Shown piece by piece: positions 47,571 to 55,793 of a stretch of 64,000 bases of DNA. This stretch comes from Dehalococcoidia bacterium (GTDB lineage Bacteria; Chloroflexota; Dehalococcoidia; Bin125): contig JAJEJC010000001.1 of NCBI GenBank assembly GCA_022828105.1, forward strand, positions 109,471-173,470. Reading direction: 5' to 3'. The notes beneath the pieces are model-generated. The model saw only the letters and a program-made list of their open reading frames with translations, was not told the DNA's origin and made no database searches. The translations under genes and the position numbers were made by a program. Each line of letters starts with the position of its first letter. Position 1 is the stretch's first letter.

Positions 47571-48537
47571 CTATTCATGTGTGATCGAGACGCTGTCGTT
47601 GGCGACGATGATGAAGTTGGTGGAGCCGGGGATGACGCGCCCGTCGCGCTCGGCGTAGGCGAGCCAGCGGACGCCGCTCCACTTCCAGAGCGCGGCGACG
47701 CTGTAATCGGTCAACAGCGAGAAGAGATAGGCCGCGGTCCAATGCGGGGCTGACTCGAGGGACGGAGTGGGGACGGAAGCCGCGGATTCGCCGGTCCGAG
47801 CGCTGCGGAGGGAGATGGGTGCGGTTGTTGCGTCGGAAGACGTTGACGTGGTGGTCTGGCTGTCCTGGTCCACCGTGATGGCGGCGCAATCACGGGCCAG
47901 TGCCGCTTCATTAGCCAGGCGCTCCGCGGGATCGATCAACAGTCCGTAGTTTGCCTTGACCTGGATGGTGATCGTGGCAATGTGCTTGCGCTGGGCGCAA
48001 CTGCCGCCGCTCCACTCAGCGAGATCATGGTCGGATTTGCTGATGTTGGTACTGGCCAGCAGACACCATTGATTGAGCGGATCGTTGGCGAACTGGCGCT
48101 TTTGGGCGGCGGTCCAGGTCGAGGCGCTGGAATCGTAGGCTTCCTTCAGGGCGACGATGTGATCGACGTGTTCGGATGAAGCGCAGCCGAGGCGGGCACG
48201 GGCGGCGCTGGAGTTGTAACTCCAGTTGTCGCGGTCGTAGCCGGTGGAGGAGGTGGGGCCTGTGCCTGAGGATCCGGTCGATGTACCAGGCCAAAGCGGG
48301 TTGGATTCGCAGCCGACGCCGTCTCCGTCGCGGTCGTGTCCATGACCATCGATCACCTTGTAGGGATAGTGGCTGGCGCAGTTGCCGTCAGCCGAGATAT
48401 GCGCTACCCCCCCCCCCCCCACTTAACGATGCGTTTACAAAGGCAGCCATTCCGGCGACGAGCCCGACGCCGACGAGCAATGCAAGACGAACTGTGCGGG
48501 GTCGGCTGATGTTTGCGCGTGCGTGGCTGCTGACCAT
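47571..48537 (-). CDS. secreted Excalibur + DUF1524/HNH-like nuclease, interrupted by a frameshift at a G14 homopolymer
   Basis: The 5' frame (48537-48421) encodes the Sec signal peptide MVSSHARANISRPRTVRLALLVGVGLVAGMAAFVNAS-LSGGGGG and stops at 48388. The +1 frame from 48422 encodes GGGGVAHISADGNCASHYPYKVIDGHGHDRDGDGVGCE (Excalibur DxDxDGxxCE), then EHVDHIVALK...NDPLNQW...NISKSDHD (His-Me finger). Tract 48407-48420. Confidence 0.7.
48407..48420 (-). repeat. homopolymeric tract (G)14 on the coding strand at the signal-peptide/mature-protein junction
   Basis: Fourteen consecutive C on the plus strand. A tract length of 13 or 16 would restore one ORF. Confidence 0.95.
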
Positions 48538-48628
48538 GTTGTGCTCCGGTTGGTTTGAGGGACGTTTAGGGAAGCATCGCACAGGATTGGGTCGTCTGTT
48601 GTGCGGTTGACTTGGGTGCCGCGTGAGC

Positions 48629-48720
48629 GGGGAGCCCCCCTCTGTCCCCTGCCTACGCAGGGGCAGGCTCCTACGGGACATCTCCCCCCGCCTGACAGCG
48701 GGGGGAGAGGGGAAGGGGGG
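48629..48720 (+). repeat. REP/MITE-like element, long variant with nested hairpins (GTCCC[CCCTGC-CTAC-GCAGGG]...GGGAC, then CATCTCCCCCCGCCTGACAGCGGGGGGAGAGGGGAAGGGGGG)
   Basis: Seen directly in the divergent intergenic region between the nuclease gene and the 48749 gene. Confidence 0.85.
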
Positions 48721-48748
48721 ACTGCGGCTAACTGTTAGGGTGCGGGCC

Positions 48749-49228
48749 ATGTCTTTGTTTGAGTCCTCCCAGTGTGAGTTTGAGACTGCGTTTCAGCTTC
48801 TTCCGGAGATCAGCCCGGAGGCGCCGGACTGGGGCGGTCGGTTCCGTCGGGAGATGCCGTCGGTCCCGTCGCCGTACTACGGGGTCAATGTGGTGGACGT
48901 TCGGCGGGAGCACTACGACGCCGTGTTCCAGAACATCCAGGGCCAGGTGCAGGGCGCGGAGCAGCTATTCGGCGGGCGGCTGCATTTCTTTTCGGCGACG
49001 GACTACGGGGAGATCCGGCGCGTCATCTTCATCATCTACTTCGAGAGCTTTCCCGCGACCGAGAGCGTGCTTGAGATGCTGCGCGCAGGCGGAATGGATG
49101 TGGGCGACGACGCGAGCGAGATTCCCGACATCTGGACAGGGTTCGACCTCTGGACCGATTTCACTCGTCTAGCGGAGGGCTATACGTGGTGGATCGCGCC
49201 TGCGATGGCGGAGCACGAGTCGCCGTAG
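48749..49228 (+). CDS. hypothetical cytoplasmic protein (about 160 aa)
   Basis: ATG 48749 (MSLFESSQCEFETAFQLLPEISPEAPDWGGRF...). No family recognised. The track ORF extends upstream into the repeat. Confidence 0.5.
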   Translation: MSLFESSQCEFETAFQLLPEISPEAPDWGGRFRREMPSVPSPYYGVNVVDVRREHYDAVFQNIQGQVQGAEQLFGGRLHFFSATDYGEIRRVIFIIYFESFPATESVLEMLRAGGMDVGDDASEIPDIWTGFDLWTDFTRLAEGYTWWIAPAMAEHESP

Positions 49229-49250
49229 GGTTTCGGTGGCGGAGCGGGAC

Positions 49251-49333
49251 GGGGATGCCCCTTGAGCCTTCGGCATTTCCCGCCGCTGCTCGGGCGGAGA
49301 GGGAGCGGGTCCCTGTGGTCACAGGGACTAGGA
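49251..49333 (+). repeat. degenerate REP/MITE-like copy with CCCTGTGGTCACAGGG hairpin
   Basis: Its GCCTTCGGCAT module is shared with the canonical copies. Confidence 0.6.
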
Positions 49334-49355
49334 GTCGTCCAGCCTAGGCCGGCGT

Positions 49356-49415
49356 GGGGGAGCCCCCCTCTGTCACTACGTGACATCTCCCCCCGCCTTC
49401 GGCGGGGGGAGATGG
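49356..49415 (+). repeat. REP/MITE-like element (GGGGAGCCCCCCTCTG-TCACTACGTGA-CATCTCCCCCCGCCTTCGGCGGGGGGAGATGG)
   Basis: Located between convergent genes (48749 gene and the vWA gene). Confidence 0.85.
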
Positions 49416-49426
49416 AGCCGAGCGGG

Positions 49427-51280
49427 TTAGCCGGCGTAACCGGGGTCTTCGGATTGGCGCTCCTCGGCGACGGCGCCCATGGCCTGGAGGAGCTGGGCGA
49501 AGTCGCGGCCTGCCTGTGAGTCGAGGATGGTCGCCGGGAGATCTCGATATCGCCGGGCGATCTCGTTGAGGTTTTCGGCAGCGAGTTCCATCGTTTCCCG
49601 ACTCAAGCCGTCCTGACCGAACCAGCTATAGCGGTCGGCGGCGAGGGCGACGACTGTGCCGAGGTCGAGCAGGTCGTCGTCGCCGAAGCGCGAGACGGCG
49701 CTGATCATCTCCACCTGCTGGCGGTTCGACTCTTCCGACATCGGCGTCAGCCAGCGCAGCTCGATCTCACCGAGATCTACGACGTCGTCGTTTAGCGCAT
49801 CGCCGGTCAGTTCGACCTCGTAGAAGATGGTCGTGGCCGAGCCCATCGGGATCTCTGCGAACTCCCGGCGGTCCTGTTCAAAGTTGCGGTCGGCGGTGAC
49901 CCGGTTCTCGTAGCCGACGAGACGCCAGCCGGCGACGGCGTGTTCGTCCCAGCGGACCTGGGCGCGGGCCTGGTCGGCGAATGGGACCGAGAGTGCGAGC
50001 CAGTTCTCGCGGCTGAAGGTTGAGCGGGCCTGATCAACGTCCTGTAGATAGCGGTACCAGCCGTTGCCGTACTGGGCGAGCTGTTCGAGCAGCACGTCGT
50101 TGTAGTTGGCGATGCCCACGCCGACCGTGATCAGTCGTAACGGGTTGGAGTCGTTGCGATCTTCGGCCGTGCGCAGAATGGTGAACGGGTCGGTGGCGTC
50201 GACGTTGGCGACGCCGTCGGACATGAGGATCACGTAGTTGTAGGCGTCGGGCCGCTCGCGGCGGATGTCGTCGGCGAGTTCGACGCCGAGGTTGAGTCCG
50301 GCCTGGACATTGGTGGAGTCGAGCGGCGTCAACCGGTCGATGACGCGCTGGATGCCGCGGTCGCCCGGGCGCTCGTGCCTGGCGTGGTCGACGATGCCGT
50401 TGGAGAAGAGCACGACGGCAATGCGGTCGTCGTCGCCGAGCCCGCGGCGGATCGATTCGGCCGCAGCGCGGGCAATCTCGACGCGGTTGCCGTCGCGCAT
50501 GGAACCGGAGGAGTCAAGCACGAGAGTGACGTTGAGCGGGGTGTTGTCGACGAACTCGGGCGCCTGCGTGGCGATGCGGACGAGGTGGAGGTCGTCGTTG
50601 AGCGGGTGCTCGACGATGTCGGCGGTGACGGCGAAGCTGTCATCGACATCGGGACCGTCATAGCGGTAGTTGAAGGCGTTGATCCATTCCTCGGCGCGGA
50701 CCAAGGCGGGATCGATGGCATAGCCGTTCTGGACCCAGTTGAGGGCGAGGAAGTACGAGGTGCGGTCGACGTCGAGGGAGAAGGTGGAGGTGTCGTCCTG
50801 GTCGGTGTCGCGCCAGCCGAGGGTCGGATAGTCCTCGAAGTTGGTCGCACCGGGTCGGGGACGGAGAGTGACCTGCTCCTGTTCGTCCTCCGGGTATGGC
50901 CCGCCGGAGTTGGGGAAGGCGGCGCTGCTATCCTCCTCCGCTTCCTCCTGCATGGCCTGTGCTTGGGCCTGTTCTTGGGCCTGTTCTTGGGCCTGCTGCT
51001 GCATGGCCTGCTCTTGCTGCTGCATGGCCTGCTGTTGTTGCTGCACGGCCTGCTCTTGCTCTTGCTGGTACTGGACATGCTGGGGTTGCTGGGATTCCTG
51101 TTGCTGCGCCTGCGCGACCGCGGTCGGCTGCTCCGCTTGCGGCTCGGCCTGCTGGACGGACTGCCGGGCGTCCTGATCGTCGCTGCACGCCGCGAGCAGG
51201 ATGGCGGCGGCGATGATCGGCAGGGCGATTGCTGCGGCGCTGCGTTTGAGGAATCTGCGGGTTCGCTGGATCGTTGTCAT
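49427..51280 (-). CDS. lipoprotein with a Gln-rich low-complexity linker and a von Willebrand factor A domain (YfbK-like)
   Basis: Signal peptide plus lipobox (ILLAAC) and the MIDAS motif DSSGSM (VTLVLDSSGSMRDGNRVE). The linker is AVQQQQQAMQQQEQAMQQQAQEQAQEQAQAQAMQEE. Confidence 0.8.
   Translation of the reverse strand: MTTIQRTRRFLKRSAAAIALPIIAAAILLAACSDDQDARQSVQQAEPQAEQPTAVAQAQQQESQQPQHVQYQQEQEQAVQQQQQAMQQQEQAMQQQAQEQAQEQAQAQAMQEEAEEDSSAAFPNSGGPYPEDEQEQVTLRPRPGATNFEDYPTLGWRDTDQDDTSTFSLDVDRTSYFLALNWVQNGYAIDPALVRAEEWINAFNYRYDGPDVDDSFAVTADIVEHPLNDDLHLVRIATQAPEFVDNTPLNVTLVLDSSGSMRDGNRVEIARAAAESIRRGLGDDDRIAVVLFSNGIVDHARHERPGDRGIQRVIDRLTPLDSTNVQAGLNLGVELADDIRRERPDAYNYVILMSDGVANVDATDPFTILRTAEDRNDSNPLRLITVGVGIANYNDVLLEQLAQYGNGWYRYLQDVDQARSTFSRENWLALSVPFADQARAQVRWDEHAVAGWRLVGYENRVTADRNFEQDRREFAEIPMGSATTIFYEVELTGDALNDDVVDLGEIELRWLTPMSEESNRQQVEMISAVSRFGDDDLLDLGTVVALAADRYSWFGQDGLSRETMELAAENLNEIARRYRDLPATILDSQAGRDFAQLLQAMGAVAEERQSEDPGYAG
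50950..51110. repeat. in-frame tandem DNA repeats (GGCCTGTTCTTG x3; CTGCATGGCCTGCTCTTGCTG x2) encoding the Q-rich linker
   Basis: Seen directly. Confidence 0.8.
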
Positions 51281-51390
51281 GGTGGCCTCCTGACCGACGT
51301 GTGCAGGGGCGTCTGAGTTGCGACCGTCAGTCGCCCCGTTGGGGAGTTAGACGTCAGAGGGTCGGAGATGGTTCCCGGCGGCTGGTGAGC

Positions 51391-51566
51391 GGGGCGGGGC
51401 GCCCCCTCTGTCACTACGTGACATCTCCCCCCTGGAAGGGGGGAGAGGCAGACGGATGCCCTCCCCCCCCCGGCATGGAGGCGGGGGGAGATGCCGAAGG
51501 CAGACGGATGCCATCTCCCCCCGCCTGACGGCGGGGGGAGACGCCGAAGGCAGAGGGGGTTCGCCT
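51391..51566. repeat. nested array of at least three REP/MITE-like units in alternating orientation
   Basis: GCCCCCTCTGTCACTACGTGACATCTCCCCCCTGGAAGGGGGGAGAGGCAGACGGATGCC...GGAGGCGGGGGGAGATGCCGAAGGCAGACGG...CATCTCCCCCCGCCTGACGGCGGGGGGAGACGCCGAAGGCAGAGGGGG, in the divergent intergenic region between the vWA gene and the ThuA-like gene. Confidence 0.85.
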
Positions 51567-51606
51567 ATCATTGGCGCACTTGCTGACTACTGAGAGAGAG
51601 GGCACC

Positions 51607-52422
51607 ATGGCCAGCGCTCCGACCCGTGTACATGTAGTGACTGGTGGGTTTCCGCCCGGATCGCATGGCGGGCATGACATGGACTTCGCGCGGCTGAAGT
51701 TGCTGGAGATGCTGTACGAGGACGGCAACGTCCGCGCGACGACGGGCAACGACTTCACCGATATGTGGAAGTGGCTGCAGGTGACCGACGTGCTGGTCAC
51801 GTACACGGCCGGTCCGTACGCCGACGATCCGCAGAATGAGATCCTGCGCGACTGGATTGGCAATGGCGGGCACTGGGTTGGCTTGCACGGGACATCGGGC
51901 GGCAAGGCCGCGCGCATGGGCGACGGCAAGCGGCAGATGGTGAAGATGGACCATCATGAGACGCTCGGCGGCTTCTTCATCAACCACCCGCCGATCAAGC
52001 GCTTCACGGTGGACGTCCAGAACGTGAACTCGCCGATCCTTGAGGGTCTGCCGGAGCAGTTCGACGTGATCGACGAGCCGTACATGATTGAGATCACGGA
52101 CCGTCCGAACACGGACATCCTGCTGACGGCGCCGATCGGTCCGGACAACTGGCCCGACTTCGGCTTCGATTACGACGAGGACACGGCGATCGAGGACGAC
52201 GGCGTGACGCGGGTGTTCGGCTACACGCGCGGGATCGGCGAGGGCGGGGTGTGCTATATCGCGCTGGGTCACTGCCACTCGCCGCTGACCAACTCGCAGC
52301 CGTTCGTCGAGGACAACGCGAAGGACGAGAACGGGGACAATCCTCGGACGCTGCGGTTTACGTGGGAGACGGAGGAGTACGCACAGTTGCTGCGGAACAC
52401 GCTGAGCTGGTCGAGGGGCTGA
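51607..52422 (+). CDS. ThuA-like (type-1 glutamine-amidotransferase-like) protein
   Basis: VHVVTGGFPPGSHGGHD...WLQVTDVLVTYTAG...GGHWVGLHG match the ThuA (PF06283) pattern. Start ATG 51607. Confidence 0.78.
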   Translation: MASAPTRVHVVTGGFPPGSHGGHDMDFARLKLLEMLYEDGNVRATTGNDFTDMWKWLQVTDVLVTYTAGPYADDPQNEILRDWIGNGGHWVGLHGTSGGKAARMGDGKRQMVKMDHHETLGGFFINHPPIKRFTVDVQNVNSPILEGLPEQFDVIDEPYMIEITDRPNTDILLTAPIGPDNWPDFGFDYDEDTAIEDDGVTRVFGYTRGIGEGGVCYIALGHCHSPLTNSQPFVEDNAKDENGDNPRTLRFTWETEEYAQLLRNTLSWSRG

Positions 52423-52452
52423 TTGACCGTCAACCGGTCGGCGTTTCTTGTT

Positions 52453-52510
52453 GGGAGCCCCCCTCTGCCTTCGGCATCTCCCCCCGCCTGACGGCGGGAG
52501 GAGAGGGGAA
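52453..52510 (+). repeat. REP/MITE-like element (3' arm mutated to GGCGGGAGGAGAG) followed by two further GC hairpins to about 52612
   Basis: Located between convergent genes (ThuA-like and the alpha/beta hydrolase). Confidence 0.8.
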
Positions 52511-52637
52511 GAAGGCAATAGGCAACTCCCCTTGCGGGGCGCGGGGAGAGCAGTAGGGGGAACCGAGCGGGTCCCCCTGAGCAAGTCAGGGGCAGGCTCT
52601 GCGTGAAGCAGGGACTTGGAGCCGGGCGGTGACTTTG

Positions 52638-53660
52638 CTATTCGCCGATGACGGGTTCGGGGAGGACGTCGAGGAGGGGGGCGAAGGGGTCGAGTTCTTC
52701 TTCGGCGAGGCGGGCGTCGGGTGCGGCGACGGGCGTGACGACCTCCGGGTGCTGGCTGAAGAGGGCGGCGAAGATTGACTCGGCGTGCTCGATGAAGCCG
52801 AGCGAGCCGACGCCGTCGACGTAGATCGGGCGGCAGTCGGGCAGTTCGGAGGCGATGCGGCGGCCCATCTGGATGGGATGGGATTCGTCGAGCATGGCGT
52901 GCCAGAGCATGACCGGGAAGCGAACGTCGCCGAGTTCGAAACCCCAGGGCTCGAGATGGCGGCGGGCTTCGTCGCCGGCTGCGGCGGGTCCCTGGCGGAA
53001 CGCTTCGCGCAGGTCGGTGATGCGGTTGGTGAGCGTGGGCTCGGAGCCGAGGATGACGCCGTCGACGGGGGGCATGCGCTTGATCTGCTCGGCGACGACA
53101 CGGTCAGGCCGCTTCTGGACCGAGCGTCCGTAGCCGCGCATCCAGAGCGAGGCGAGTCGGCGGGACTTGAGGAAGAGGGTGTAGATCAGGCGCCACTCGT
53201 AGGACATGCCTTCGAGCACGTCGCCAGAGTCGATGGCGCCGAGTCCGGAGATGAGGGCGACGCGGTGCAGCCGCTCGGGCATCTTGAGGGCGCAGGCGAG
53301 CGTGTAGGGCAGGCCGGCGGAGATGCCGGCTACGGAGAACTTCTCGAACTCGAGGTAGTCGGCGAGCTGGCGCAGGTCGGCGGGCCAATCGAGGATGGTG
53401 CGCTCGGCCAGCGGGTCGGAGTAGCCGAAGCCGGGCCGCTCGGGCGCAATCAGTCGGACGCCGGCGCGGGCGGCTCCCGGCGCCATGACGGCGGCCGCCA
53501 TGCGTGAGGAAGGGATGCCGTGGTGAAAGAAGAGGGGCTCGCCCCTGGGGTCGCCGTACTCGGCCCAGCTCAACGCTCGGCCATCGGACAGCCGCATCAC
53601 ACTATGTGGCGGCTCGGGGTCGTCGTCGTCGATGCGGCTGGAGGGCTCGGCGATTGTCAT
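52638..53660 (-). CDS. alpha/beta-fold hydrolase
   Basis: Nucleophile elbow GISAG and the general fold pattern. Start ATG 53658-53660 (MTIAEPSS); the track ORF extends into the repeat. Confidence 0.8.
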   Translation of the reverse strand: MTIAEPSSRIDDDDPEPPHSVMRLSDGRALSWAEYGDPRGEPLFFHHGIPSSRMAAAVMAPGAARAGVRLIAPERPGFGYSDPLAERTILDWPADLRQLADYLEFEKFSVAGISAGLPYTLACALKMPERLHRVALISGLGAIDSGDVLEGMSYEWRLIYTLFLKSRRLASLWMRGYGRSVQKRPDRVVAEQIKRMPPVDGVILGSEPTLTNRITDLREAFRQGPAAAGDEARRHLEPWGFELGDVRFPVMLWHAMLDESHPIQMGRRIASELPDCRPIYVDGVGSLGFIEHAESIFAALFSQHPEVVTPVAAPDARLAEEELDPFAPLLDVLPEPVIGE

Positions 53661-53696
53661 GTAGTGAGATCGTATCACTCGCTGCGAAGAGAGCGT

Positions 53697-53756
53697 GGGG
53701 AGCCCCCCTCTGTCTCTACGAGACATCTCCCCCCGCTTCGCGGGGGGAGAGGGAAC
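53697..53756 (+). repeat. REP/MITE-like element (GGGGAGCCCCCCTCTG-TCTCTACGAGA-CATCTCCCCCCGCTTCGCGGGGGGAGAGGGAA)
   Basis: Located between two co-directional genes. Confidence 0.85.
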
Positions 53757-53761
53757 CGGAG

Positions 53762-55510
53762 TTAGTCGGTGGGTTCGGAGACGAGGAGTTCGGCTTCGAC
53801 GTCGTCGGCGAGGTTTTCGATGACGGGGGTCTCGCCCAGGGCTCCGTCCTCGACCTGCATGTCGAAGGCGTCGGCGAAGTAGCGGTAGGACTGATACTGG
53901 TCGCCGTACTTCATGTGGCCGGCGGTGTGGTGGGCGGCGGCCATGAGCAGGGTGTTGCGCGACTCGGACGAGGTGCGGCGGTAGTCCTCCAGCATGCAGA
54001 GGCCGATTTCCTGATTGTGCGGGTCATTGCCCTGCTTGGCGATGCCATTGGCGAGGGTTTCGACCAGCGGTCCGTCGTCGTAGCCGAGGCTGAGGTAGTT
54101 CTCGACCCAGAAGACGGACTGCTCCATGTCGAGCGAGAGCATGGCGTCATTGAGTTCGCTGAGCGCCTGGCCCTGGGAGACCTGCGTCGCTTCGCCGCCC
54201 TTGTCGTAGGCGGCGAAGTAGGTGGCTGCGCCACGGGTCTTGTTGCCCTTGGAGTTGAGCGCCCAGTGCGCGCACTGGTTGATGAAGTTGGCGGCGACGA
54301 AGAGCAGCTTGGTCTTGTGCGGGTGGTCGAAGTGTTCGTAGAACCAGCCGAGGGTGTTGCAGTATTCGTAGCCGTGCTGGGGCATGGAGAAGTTGGCCGG
54401 CAGGCCGCATTCGAGGACGACCCGGGCGGCGGCGATCTGGATGGCGTCGAGGATCGACTTGGGCGAGCGTCCGGCCTTGAGCAGGTCGGAGAGCAGGGCG
54501 ATGTAGGACTCCTGCGGCTCGTTGATGATCGTGCGGATGACCATCTCCGACTCGGGGCCGGAGAGCGGGATCTGGTTGGTGAAGAGTTCCTGGTCGCGGG
54601 TCGACCTGGTGGTCGCGGAGAGAGAGGAACTGGGCGCCTCCTCTTCGAGGTGGTACATCATGATCTGGCAGGCGGACTCGTAGAGCGAGTACCAGCGCGG
54701 GCCGACGGCGATGTCGGGGACGCCGGCGTAGAGGACGTGGTGGGCGTTCTCCCAGCCGATGGCGCGTCCCAGCTCGACGGTGCTGCGGGCGCGGAACGAC
54801 TTGTGTCCGGTGGTGTAGGAGCGGTTCCAGTACATGCGGTCCTGAACGTCGATCAGTCCGGCAAAGACGAGTTGGGCGAGGATTTCCTCGCGGCGCTCGG
54901 GGAACTGCTCCCAGAGGCCGAGGAAGAGGGCGTACTCGTCGTCGACGTGTCCGTACTGGACCATCGTGAGCCAGGTGTTGAGGCCTTCCTCGAGTGAGCC
55001 GTCCCAGCGGGTCGGCTGCTGATCGTCCCAGTGCGCAGCGGGCGGGGCGGGGCCGTCGGGGTACTGCTCGGGGTCGTAGGTGCGGCGCGAGTAATGGCCG
55101 GGCATCCTGCCCTTGAGCTGATTCCAGATGTCGAGCCCGGTGGGCACGTACCAGGCGGTCTGGCTCAGCGGCAGGTGCCGCAGTTCTTCGGAGACGTAGT
55201 TCTGCAGGTTGAGCGTGGCGCGGGAGGAGAGCAGACAGTGGTCGTTGTTGACGAAGCGGACGATGCCCTCGTCGATGCGCTGGTGATAGGGAACGTGGGT
55301 GTAGGGCGCGTGGGCGCGGATCGTCTCTGAGAGGATCTCGGTGGTGGGCCGCCCGTCCTTGATCAGGTCGAATGCCTGCTGCAGGGCGGAGGTGTTGTCG
55401 CGCTCGACGATGGTCTTGCGATAACGGTCGTAGGCGGCGGCGGTCTTGCGGTCCATGTAGGCGGGGGATGCGCCGCTGTCACCGGTGCCGGATGTCTTGT
55501 GCAGGCTCAT
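53762..55510 (-). CDS. hypothetical protein, 583 aa, mainly alpha-helical, no family recognised
   Basis: Start ATG 55508-55510 (MSLHKTSGTGDSGASPAYMDRK...). Long stop-free ORF with coding-like composition. The 60 codons upstream are a translated repeat. Confidence 0.6.
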   Translation of the reverse strand: MSLHKTSGTGDSGASPAYMDRKTAAAYDRYRKTIVERDNTSALQQAFDLIKDGRPTTEILSETIRAHAPYTHVPYHQRIDEGIVRFVNNDHCLLSSRATLNLQNYVSEELRHLPLSQTAWYVPTGLDIWNQLKGRMPGHYSRRTYDPEQYPDGPAPPAAHWDDQQPTRWDGSLEEGLNTWLTMVQYGHVDDEYALFLGLWEQFPERREEILAQLVFAGLIDVQDRMYWNRSYTTGHKSFRARSTVELGRAIGWENAHHVLYAGVPDIAVGPRWYSLYESACQIMMYHLEEEAPSSSLSATTRSTRDQELFTNQIPLSGPESEMVIRTIINEPQESYIALLSDLLKAGRSPKSILDAIQIAAARVVLECGLPANFSMPQHGYEYCNTLGWFYEHFDHPHKTKLLFVAANFINQCAHWALNSKGNKTRGAATYFAAYDKGGEATQVSQGQALSELNDAMLSLDMEQSVFWVENYLSLGYDDGPLVETLANGIAKQGNDPHNQEIGLCMLEDYRRTSSESRNTLLMAAAHHTAGHMKYGDQYQSYRYFADAFDMQVEDGALGETPVIENLADDVEAELLVSEPTD

Positions 55511-55580
55511 GGAGCGCTCCAGGCAGTTGGAACTGTTGAATCTGTTGCGCAGTATAGCGAGCATGGGTACGGGGATCGGT

Positions 55581-55676
55581 GGGGAGCCCTCCTTCAGCCT
55601 TTGGCAGCTTCCCCCCAGAGGGGGGAAGCGGGGGACCAGCCGGCGGCTCTCCTCCAGAGGAGGAAGCGGGGGAACG
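55581..55676 (+). repeat. variant GC-rich double-hairpin element (CTTCCCCCC-AGA-GGGGGGAAG and TCCTCC-AGA-GGAGGA)
   Basis: Shares the 5' GGGGAGCCC box with the main family. It lies in the divergent intergenic region between the 583-aa gene and the DUF1800 gene. Confidence 0.6.
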
Positions 55677-55793
55677 ATCTGCATTTGGCGATGCTGCAAT
55701 GTCCTATATTGCGGCTGTAGAGCGAATGCCGGGGCTTGACAGCCTCTGCGTACTCGCGGACGGTAACTTCTGAAGCGTTTGGAAGGTGATTTG

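Noticed and set aside
46811-55773. Repeated peptide motifs in the ORF track (PSAFGISPRLTAGGEG, FPSPPAVRRGEM, MSRSDRGG) suggesting a protein family
   Set aside because: They are translations of the intergenic hairpin element in different frames and orientations, not conserved protein domains. The real gene starts lie downstream of them.
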